Source: an uncultured virus (IMG/VR IMGVR_UViG_3300028746_000001)
Lineage: Duplodnaviria; Heunggongvirae; Uroviricota; Caudoviricetes
Length of the DNA stretch: 30,272 nt
Strand: one strand, 5' to 3'
Virus record (IMG/VR): IMGVR_UViG_3300028746_000001
Shown here: one piece after another, positions 8,422 through 15,307 of the stretch
Position numbering within the stretch: position 1 is the first letter of the stretch
Layout of the letters: every line of letters begins with the position of its first letter
Program-made: the position numbers and the translations under genes
The notes under the pieces: model-generated
Database searches by the model: none
Seen by the model: only the letters and a program-made list of their open reading frames with translations
Told to the model about the DNA's origin: nothing

Positions 8422-9936
8422 ATGCTTCTCCTCTTCAGCAAGGCTCACGTAAAGACCTTCACGCGCAAAGACGGCACTGTCGTCCAAGCGCATGACACTA
8501 AGGTCATCAAAAAAGTCCAATGGCACAACTCGCTGACTGGCAGTAAGCAGTCCGCCGAGAAGCTCGCCGCGAAGCCGTCCGGAAAGGATGCGCTTCACCC
8601 CGCTTGGGGCATGCCGGAAGGCGCAATCAACCATCCCAAGCGCGACGACGAAGGCAAGCACGTAGTCGTCAAATACCCCTCGCAGCAATCCGCCACGGAT
8701 ACGTGGAACGATCCTCATGAGACGGCCACATTCACGCCAGGCGGCCACGCGCCCGCCTCGTTGAATGGCGTCGCGCTTGCGCCTTGGACCGATCATCCGA
8801 AGACGATCGAAGGCTGGGATCACGTGCCAGGGCAAATGCACGACCTGGACGAACCCGAGATGGATCTGAAGGGCAAGGAACCGGCTGCCGGCGTCTTCAT
8901 TCAGGAGCCGGACGGTCGCGTGTGGATGGTCAAGCCGTCCAACGGCTTCGCTGGCTACGCCACGACGTTCCCAAAAGGCCATGCCGATGACGGCATTTCC
9001 CTGCAGGCGACGGCCATCAAAGAGGCGTTTGAGGAGTCCGGCCTGCAGGTGGAAATCACGGGCTTAATTGGCGACGTGGCGCGCGGGCAGACGATGACTC
9101 GCTACTACACGGCCAAGCGCGTAGGTGGCACGCCAACCGATTGCGGCTGGGAATCGCAGGCGATCTTGCTCGTTCCGCCAGGCAAGGTTCACGCCGCGGC
9201 GAACCGCCAGTACGATCGCACGCTCGCCACGTTGGCCGGGCTGGCGCCGGTCGGCCCGTTGCGCGAGTCGGTGGACGACTGGAAGAAGGTCGGCCAGCAA
9301 CGTGGTTCGAACCCGGGCGGATTTTTCAAGGACCCGGACGGGCAAGAGTGGTATGTGAAGGTCCCGAAATCGACCGCTATCGCACGCAACGAGATCCTCG
9401 CGGGCAAGCTGTACGAAGCGGCCGGCGTGAAGGTCCCGGAACTGAAGGAAGTCACCGTTGGCGATCGTACGGCCATTGCGTCGAAGATCGTCCCGGGCCT
9501 GCAGAAGCTCCGGGAATTCGGCGAAGGCAACGCGAGCGTCATGGATGGCTTCGCGGTGGATGCGTGGCTCGCTAACTGGGATGTCGTCGGGCTGGCGCAT
9601 GACAACCTGCTCGAAGACGACAAGGGCGATGCGGTGCGCGTGGATGTGGGCGGCTCGCTGGTGTTCCGCGCGCAGGGCGAGCCCAAGGGCAAGCTCTTCG
9701 GCGACAAGGTGGGCGAACTCGACACGCTGACCGACGGCACGAACGCGCAGGCGTCATCTGTATTCGGCGGAATCTCGCATAAGCAACTGCTCAACGGCGT
9801 GAAAAAGGTCGCGAGCGTGAGCCCCGACAAGATCAAGTCCCTTGTCATGGACTTTGGCCCCGGCAACCCGGAACAGAAGGCGGAACTCTCCCGCAAGCTG
9901 ATCGCCCGTCGCGCCGACCTGCTCAAGCTCAAATGA
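8422..9936 (+). CDS. NUDIX hydrolase fused to a PI3/4K/HipA-like kinase domain, with N-terminal tag
   Basis: AAGVFIQEPDGRVWMVKP; variant Nudix box GHADDGISLQATAIKEAFEESGL; kinase WYVKVP, NEILA, DAWLANWD, DNLL, RVDVGG from about 9265. Confidence 0.85.
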   Translation: MLLLFSKAHVKTFTRKDGTVVQAHDTKVIKKVQWHNSLTGSKQSAEKLAAKPSGKDALHPAWGMPEGAINHPKRDDEGKHVVVKYPSQQSATDTWNDPHETATFTPGGHAPASLNGVALAPWTDHPKTIEGWDHVPGQMHDLDEPEMDLKGKEPAAGVFIQEPDGRVWMVKPSNGFAGYATTFPKGHADDGISLQATAIKEAFEESGLQVEITGLIGDVARGQTMTRYYTAKRVGGTPTDCGWESQAILLVPPGKVHAAANRQYDRTLATLAGLAPVGPLRESVDDWKKVGQQRGSNPGGFFKDPDGQEWYVKVPKSTAIARNEILAGKLYEAAGVKVPELKEVTVGDRTAIASKIVPGLQKLREFGEGNASVMDGFAVDAWLANWDVVGLAHDNLLEDDKGDAVRVDVGGSLVFRAQGEPKGKLFGDKVGELDTLTDGTNAQASSVFGGISHKQLLNGVKKVASVSPDKIKSLVMDFGPGNPEQKAELSRKLIARRADLLKLK

Positions 9937-10502
9937 TGCGCCGCGCCGATAACCCGGCCGCGCTCGGCTATGTGGGAAGCTCGCCGGGCGTCAAGCGGCT
10001 TGATTCCGATGCGTGGTTCACCCCGCCCCAGTACATTGAGGCCGCTCGTGAGGTCCTAGATGGCATCGGGTTTGACCCGTACAGCAGCGACGATGCGCAG
10101 AGGCTCGTGCGCGCGGACCAGTATTGCACGCTCGATAATCCGAACCCCACGCGCGGCGTATCGTGGCCCAAGACGCGTTCCTGCTGGATGAACCCGCCGT
10201 ACTCAGGCAAGCCCGCTCTGGACGCCGCCACGCGCTTTCTGGAGGCCCTCGCGTACGAGCGCTTTGAGCGAGGCATCGTTCTGGTGAACAACGCGACCGA
10301 GACCCGGATGTTTCGCGCCCTGGCGGCGCAGGCTCGCGCGATCTGCTTCACGGACCATCGCATTCAGTTCTATAACGCCGATGGCAAGAAGGTAACCGGC
10401 AACACGCGCGGGCAGGCATTCCTTTATTTTGATCAACTGAGCTATTCGCAGTCCTTCAGCGACGCATTCCGCCAGTTCGGGACCGTCATGCGCCCTCTGT
10501 AA
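9933..10502 (+). CDS. Phage-type DNA N6-adenine methyltransferase
   Basis: DAWFTPP, GFDPYSS and WMNPPYS motifs; ATGA overlap with upstream gene. Confidence 0.85.
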   Translation: MMRRADNPAALGYVGSSPGVKRLDSDAWFTPPQYIEAAREVLDGIGFDPYSSDDAQRLVRADQYCTLDNPNPTRGVSWPKTRSCWMNPPYSGKPALDAATRFLEALAYERFERGIVLVNNATETRMFRALAAQARAICFTDHRIQFYNADGKKVTGNTRGQAFLYFDQLSYSQSFSDAFRQFGTVMRPL

Positions 10503-10509
10503 ATAAAAA

Positions 10510-10561
10510 TCGGCGTCGCCGGCAGAAAGTGCTTGCATCTGCTTGGTGGGCAGAATAGAAT
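10510..10561 (+). promoter_or_regulatory. Sigma70-like promoter with two operator-like palindromes
   Basis: TTGCAT(10533-10538)-17 nt-TAGAAT(10556-10561); TCTGC-N7-GCAGA at 10538-10554 and TCGGC-N7-GCAGA at 10510-10526. Confidence 0.65.
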
Positions 10562-10597
10562 GGCCTCACTGAACGAAACAACACAAGCGAGGCGGGG

Positions 10598-10771
10598 ATG
10601 AACAGCAACATCAATGAGTTTCTGCTCCTCCTCGTCATCGCAGGTGAATTGTCCGTTCTGATTGCATTCGTGGTTATCCGCTTGGTCTTGCCGCCCCTTC
10701 CGCATGTCGAATTGAACGACGAAGAACGCGACTACATCGAACGCGCAAACCGCGACCGTGAAGCCATCTAA
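10598..10771 (+). CDS. 57-aa single-pass membrane protein, not in ORF track
   Basis: MNSNINEFLLLLVIAGELSVLIAFVVIRLVLPPLPHVELNDEERDYIERANRDREAI; GAGG RBS; first gene after the promoter. Confidence 0.7.
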   Translation: MNSNINEFLLLLVIAGELSVLIAFVVIRLVLPPLPHVELNDEERDYIERANRDREAI

Positions 10772-10789
10772 CTTTCTGAGGGAATCATC

Positions 10790-11152
10790 ATGTGGATCTG
10801 CCAAAACAACAGCTTTCTGTCCATCGTCGCATCCGACCGTGACCCGTCCGTCTTAATGGTTCGTGCTCGCCGCAAGGGCGATTTGGAAGCGGCCTTCGGC
10901 TCGGATGTCGAAGTGACCACCATTCCGGGCCGTGACTATCAGTTCCGCGCCTTCATCAAGCGCGAAATCGTGGGTCAGGTTATCGCGAAGGCGCTGACAG
11001 ACATTCATTACACGAACTTCAAGGGCAGCACGCGGGATCATCACCTGCATAACGCCTACATGGATATCTGGCATGTCATGGCGGACCTGCAGGAAGTCCC
11101 GCCTTACAAGACGCAGCCCCGCGCCAACTTCCGCAAGCAACCGCAGCGTTAA
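10790..11152 (+). CDS. Phage hypothetical protein
   Basis: GAGGG RBS; MWI...FLSIV...LMVRARRKGDLE...DYQFRAFI...YTNFK. Confidence 0.75.
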   Translation: MWICQNNSFLSIVASDRDPSVLMVRARRKGDLEAAFGSDVEVTTIPGRDYQFRAFIKREIVGQVIAKALTDIHYTNFKGSTRDHHLHNAYMDIWHVMADLQEVPPYKTQPRANFRKQPQR

Positions 11153-11213
11153 ACCCTCAACCAGTGCGCCGGGCGCGGCCCGGCTTCTCCAACATTCAAT
11201 GACAGGTGCGGCC

Positions 11214-11744
11214 ATGAGCAAATATTCGGTATCCAAAATCAAGACTTTCACGGGCATGGAAGGCAGAGGCTACAACGCGACGCTGCTGCGCGACGGTAAG
11301 GCTGTAGCGGATTTTCGCGACGATGCCACTGGCGGCCCGGTTTGGTTCGATTGGCTGGATCGCGACGCAAAGGCGACCGTCAAGACTGTGAACCATAAGG
11401 ACGAGCCGCACGAATACGCTGGCACCGTCGAAGAGGCTGCATTCGTCGCCTACTGTCTCACGCTGCCGAAGTGGACATACGCCGACATGACGGCGTTTCA
11501 ATCGCCGGACATGGTCGTGGACAACCTCTTGAATGCGGCTGAAGTCGAGAAGAGTCTGAAGCGCATGTTCAAGACCAAGCTGGTTTTCGTCAACGACGGG
11601 AAGGAATTCTCATACGGGGCGAAGGACAAGCGGGACCCGCTGACGCTGGTCGATGAACTGAAGCGAAAGTATCCGAACGCCGTCATCCTCAACCTGCTGC
11701 CGCTCGAAGAGGCCGTCGCTCTGTCGCTCAAGGGTGCGGAGTGA
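11214..11744 (+). CDS. Hypothetical protein
   Basis: AGGT RBS before ATG 11214 (MSKYSVSKIKTFTGMEG). Confidence 0.7.
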   Translation: MSKYSVSKIKTFTGMEGRGYNATLLRDGKAVADFRDDATGGPVWFDWLDRDAKATVKTVNHKDEPHEYAGTVEEAAFVAYCLTLPKWTYADMTAFQSPDMVVDNLLNAAEVEKSLKRMFKTKLVFVNDGKEFSYGAKDKRDPLTLVDELKRKYPNAVILNLLPLEEAVALSLKGAE

Positions 11745-12040
11745 TCCGCGTCATCATCCTCGCGGGCAACGATGTTCTCGGCGTGCACTACTGCGTAGAC
11801 ACGCCGATGGACATATCAGATAACTTCGCGGTGCATCTGGTCGGGCAGCGCATCGCTCGGTTTGCCATGGATACGTCTACCGCGTCCATCGCTGATCTGC
11901 GCACGTTTGTGCTTGAGCAGATTGGGCATACAGAGGTTTTTGATGACTGCGCGACCGACGACGAGCGCCGCGCGTTCGTGGAGTCGTACCTGTGGGAAAT
12001 CAGCCAAAGCGGAAAAGGAGGGCCATGCCCCGCCACGTAA
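11741..12040 (+). CDS. Hypothetical protein
   Basis: GTGA overlap with the upstream stop. Confidence 0.6.
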   Translation: MIRVIILAGNDVLGVHYCVDTPMDISDNFAVHLVGQRIARFAMDTSTASIADLRTFVLEQIGHTEVFDDCATDDERRAFVESYLWEISQSGKGGPCPAT

Positions 12041-12225
12041 AGGATAGGGTCCGCGATCTTGAGATTGCGGCCACGCCGACGGCGTCGCTCATTCACGCGT
12101 TTGCCGATGCGGCTGCGCAATACCTCGCGAACGTCACGGGCGGAAAAGTCGAAATCGCCATGCATGGCCTTTTCATCGTATCGCGGACACCTGATGCTGC
12201 TGCAGCACAAAAACGTAAAGGTTAG
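12025..12225 (+). CDS. Small hypothetical protein
   Basis: AGGAGG RBS before ATG 12025 (MPRHVKD). Confidence 0.6.
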   Translation: MPRHVKDRVRDLEIAATPTASLIHAFADAAAQYLANVTGGKVEIAMHGLFIVSRTPDAAAAQKRKG

Positions 12226-12228
12226 ACC

Positions 12229-12624
12229 ATGAACCTCAATCAAGCAAAAGCCCGCGTCGTCGCGACCGGCAACGTGCTCGCCATAACCTTGGAGCGCGCG
12301 CCGGGCGTGTACGCGTTTCGCGACTTCACTCACACGAGCGAATACCGGTCGGACGTTGGTTACTTCGATTCGCATACTGGCGTGCATTGCTACGGCGATG
12401 GAAGCGGTGAGGCGCAAGAGTGGATCGGACAGGACTTCAGCCGTGAAGATCAAAAGGCCGTGCAACTCATCATGGAAGTGGCGGGCGGCGTCGATGTGAA
12501 CGGTGACTCGCTGCAGTCAAAGTATCTGATGGCCGCATGCATCGCCTATCACGAGGGCGAAACCAAGGCCGCCGTTGCGATAGCTACGAAGGCTCTGGCC
12601 TTCGTCAAGCTGCGCGGGGTCTGA
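12229..12624 (+). CDS. Hypothetical protein
   Basis: AAGGT RBS, operon tiling. Confidence 0.65.
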   Translation: MNLNQAKARVVATGNVLAITLERAPGVYAFRDFTHTSEYRSDVGYFDSHTGVHCYGDGSGEAQEWIGQDFSREDQKAVQLIMEVAGGVDVNGDSLQSKYLMAACIAYHEGETKAAVAIATKALAFVKLRGV

Positions 12625-12815
12625 TGTTCACGCAGTCTCTTACGCGCACCGCAAGCTGGGTAATTCGCAAGAAAGGGACTGGCAGCGTTATCTGCGAGAC
12701 GTTCAACGAGCGCGCGGTGCAGGCGCTCAACACGCGGAAATACGAGGCCATCCCGATCTTGCAATACCTCCAGGAACTGAATAAAAAGATTCGCAGCCAA
12801 GCAAACCATGAATGA
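12624..12815 (+). CDS. Small hypothetical protein
   Basis: TGATG overlap; MFTQSLTRTASWVIR...ETFN...LNTRKYEAIPILQYLQELN. Confidence 0.65.
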   Translation: MFTQSLTRTASWVIRKKGTGSVICETFNERAVQALNTRKYEAIPILQYLQELNKKIRSQANHE

Positions 12816-13371
12816 ACAAACTCAAAAACCGGAAATTAGTGTGAAACAACGGGTTCTGGACCCGTGCTGCGGTGGCCGCATGATGTGGTTTGACAGGCAG
12901 AATCCAGACGTTGTGTTTGGCGACCAACGTAACGAAACCATCATTGTTACGGACCGCTCACATGGGCGAACGGACGGCACGCGAGAGTTGCGTATTGAGC
13001 CCGACACGTTGCTTGATTTTCGCTCGCTGCCCTATCCGGACGAGACCTTCTATCTGGTTGCATTCGACCCGCCTCACCTTGTCCGTGCCGGTCCCAATAG
13101 CTGGTTGGCAGCGAAATACGGAAAACTTGGGCCGGACTGGCGCGAGGATATCCGCATGGGGTTTCAGGAGTGCATGCGAGTGCTAAAACCTAACGGCACA
13201 CTCGTTTTCAAGTGGAACGAGACGCAGGTAAAGGTTGGTGAGGTACTTCAGCTTGCCAATCCACACGAGCCGCTTTTCGGACATCCAAGCGGACGGAAGG
13301 GGCTAACGCATTGGCTAGTATTCATGAAAGCCGGGATCGACTCGGCCGTGCCAACGCAATTTTCAGAATAG
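12808..13371 (+). CDS. SAM-dependent methyltransferase, probably an amino (N6A/N4C) DNA methyltransferase
   Basis: VLDPCCGGRMMWFD, FDPPH, RVLKPNGTLVFKWNE. Confidence 0.85.
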   Translation: MNEQTQKPEISVKQRVLDPCCGGRMMWFDRQNPDVVFGDQRNETIIVTDRSHGRTDGTRELRIEPDTLLDFRSLPYPDETFYLVAFDPPHLVRAGPNSWLAAKYGKLGPDWREDIRMGFQECMRVLKPNGTLVFKWNETQVKVGEVLQLANPHEPLFGHPSGRKGLTHWLVFMKAGIDSAVPTQFSE

Positions 13372-13439
13372 AAATCAACGAAATGAAGCGCGCATAGCGC
13401 GTCCGCCGTCAACCCGGCGCGCTAACGCACCTTCATAAA

Positions 13440-13492
13440 TCTGCTTCAAACGCAATTTATCTGTTGACTCTGCGTTTAGCGCAGAATAAACT
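13440..13492 (+). promoter_or_regulatory. Sigma70-like promoter with two operator-like palindromes
   Basis: TTGACT(13464-13469)-17 nt-TAAACT(13487-13492); TCTGC-gtttagc-GCAGA at 13469-13485 and TCTGC-N7-GCAAT at 13440-13456. Confidence 0.7.
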
Positions 13493-13563
13493 CGCTTCAC
13501 CGTAACGAAACGGACCGCCTGAAAGGGCAAACCAAAACGCTGCACTCTTTAGGAAAACTAATC

Positions 13564-14877
13564 ATGAAAAAAACTCTTATCGCTTTCGCAGTCGCAATGT
13601 TCGCAGTCTCGGCATACGCACAATCATCGGTCACGCTCGGCGATAATTCATCGGCCAATCAGGAGGGCGTCGCAGTCGGTGGAGGCGATACGGGTTGGGG
13701 TCCGAATGGCCCGCTTGCTGGCGGCACGGCGCGTCTGAATATCGCTGGTGAGTATGCTGCAGCATTCGGCTACGCCTCGCAGGCTCAGGGTCGCGGCGAT
13801 ACGGCGATTGGCACATATGCCAACACTGGCGCACCTAGCCCACTCGGCGCGTCCGATGACTCGCAAGACTCTTACCGCACTGCGGTAGGCTACAAGGCAA
13901 ACGCGACGGGTGAAGTAGCTCTCGCGCTGGGCTCATTCACGTCAGCGACCGGCTTGGGATCGGTGGCGCTCGGCTACGGCTCGACGGATGGCGGCCAAGC
14001 GATGGTTGTCTCGGTCGGCGGCAACGGTGTAACGCGTCAAATCATCAATGTGACGGCTGGCAACGTCAATGCGACCAGCACTGACGCGGTGAACGGCTCG
14101 CAGCTTTACACGGTGCAGCAAGCCGCAGCACAGGCCGAGACGGATGCGCAGAAAGCCATCACCAGCGCGGCTCAATCAGGAGCGGCGGCTGCAGCAGCTA
14201 ACAGCACGGCAGTGACCGCTAACGCGACGGCGACGGCTGCGGCGGCGGCAGCAGCTTCGGCCAAGGCCACGGCCACGGCAGCAGGAACAGCAGCGGCAGC
14301 AGCAGGAAACGCAGCTACGGCAGCGGGTGCGGCGGCAGCAGCGGGCACGGTCGCGGTGACGAAGGAGGCGTCTCGCGCCACGGCGGCAGAGGCGACGCTG
14401 AGCGCAGGGGTGTCAAGCGAAGCGACGCGGGCTAAAACCGCAGAGGCTGGCTTGCAAGCGCAAGAGGCGAGCGATGCATCGGCAATCGTCGCCGAAGCCA
14501 ACCAGCGCGTTGTGGATAACGCTGCGACCATGTCTTCGGCCAACGCCTACACGAACCAGTCGGCGGCTATTACGCTTGGGCAGGCGAACGCTTATACGGA
14601 TCAGCAGTTCAACCAAGCCGAGTCGGATATCAGCAAGTTGCGCTCGGATATGTACGGCGGCGTTGCTTCGGCTCTCGCGGTGGCTGGCTTGCCGCAGCCG
14701 ACCGGCCCGGGCAAGTCGATGGTTTCAGTCGCTGGATCGACCTATCACGGCGCGACGGGCTTTGCTGCTGGCTACTCGCGCGTCTCGCAGGATGACAAGT
14801 GGGTCATGAAGGCTTCGATCACTACGAATAGCCGTGGTGACTTCGGCGCAGTAGTGTCAGCCGGTCGCCAGTTCTAA
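13564..14877 (+). CDS. YadA-family trimeric autotransporter adhesin
   Basis: Signal peptide MKKTLIAFAVAMFAVSAYA; head repeats (AAAFG, TAIG, TAVG, LALG, VALG); neck STDAVNGSQL; Ala-rich stalk; ANAYTD motif; anchor GGVASALA...GRQF with terminal Phe. Confidence 0.92.
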   Translation: MKKTLIAFAVAMFAVSAYAQSSVTLGDNSSANQEGVAVGGGDTGWGPNGPLAGGTARLNIAGEYAAAFGYASQAQGRGDTAIGTYANTGAPSPLGASDDSQDSYRTAVGYKANATGEVALALGSFTSATGLGSVALGYGSTDGGQAMVVSVGGNGVTRQIINVTAGNVNATSTDAVNGSQLYTVQQAAAQAETDAQKAITSAAQSGAAAAAANSTAVTANATATAAAAAAASAKATATAAGTAAAAAGNAATAAGAAAAAGTVAVTKEASRATAAEATLSAGVSSEATRAKTAEAGLQAQEASDASAIVAEANQRVVDNAATMSSANAYTNQSAAITLGQANAYTDQQFNQAESDISKLRSDMYGGVASALAVAGLPQPTGPGKSMVSVAGSTYHGATGFAAGYSRVSQDDKWVMKASITTNSRGDFGAVVSAGRQF

Positions 14878-14896
14878 ATTCCCCGTAGTGCCTTTT

Positions 14897-14921
14897 AAGC
14901 CCGCCGAGTGCGGGCTTTTTT
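14897..14921 (+). terminator. Rho-independent terminator
   Basis: AAGCCCGC-cgagt-GCGGGCTT then T run. Confidence 0.85.
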
Positions 14922-14947
14922 GTGCCTGTTCGGCGCGCGGTGCGCGG

Positions 14948-14962
14948 TAGTGACGCGAATCT
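14948..14962 (+). promoter_or_regulatory. Putative phage late-promoter motif, copy 3
   Basis: TAGTGAC-GCG-A-AT-CT, overlapping a TCTGAAGG/CCTTCAGA inverted repeat. Confidence 0.5.
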
Positions 14963-15000
14963 GAAGGCTAACCATATCTCACCTTCAGAAAGGAGCCGCC

Positions 15001-15234
15001 ATGTCCGCAAGCGTACGCATCGTCGTCAAGGATGCGAATGGCATCACGTTCGATCCGAACTCATTGCCGCACAAATACACGTACGACGCAAACGGCAACA
15101 TGCTGACCGACACGTGCATCGAACAGGGCGCGGTCGTGCGCCAGAAGACTTTCACATACGTGGAAGTCAATTCCGTCTGGCTGAAAGCGTCCGAATCCGC
15201 ATGGGTGAACGCTACGGAGACGTGGGAAGGCTAA
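15001..15234 (+). CDS. 77-aa hypothetical protein with a single YD/RHS-like motif
   Basis: AGGAG RBS; KYTYDANGNMLTDT. Confidence 0.7.
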   Translation: MSASVRIVVKDANGITFDPNSLPHKYTYDANGNMLTDTCIEQGAVVRQKTFTYVEVNSVWLKASESAWVNATETWEG

Positions 15235-15254
15235 TCGCCGGGTCGCGTGATTCG

Positions 15255-15269
15255 TCGTGACGCCAACAT
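15255..15269 (+). promoter_or_regulatory. Putative phage late-promoter motif, copy 4
   Basis: TCGTGAC-GCC-A-AC-AT; GTGACGCC (15257-15264) pairs with GGCGTCAC (15299-15306) next to the GTG start. Confidence 0.65.
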
Positions 15270-15307
15270 AAATCGTAAGTACATAAACGATTTTTGAGGG
15301 CGTCACA

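Noticed and set aside
9933..13371. Restriction-modification system
   Set aside because: No adjacent gene with recognisable restriction endonuclease motifs
14160..14400. GCA/GCG-rich repetitive DNA as a tandem repeat or CRISPR array
   Set aside because: It is the poly-Ala coding stalk of the adhesin; no repeat-spacer periodicity
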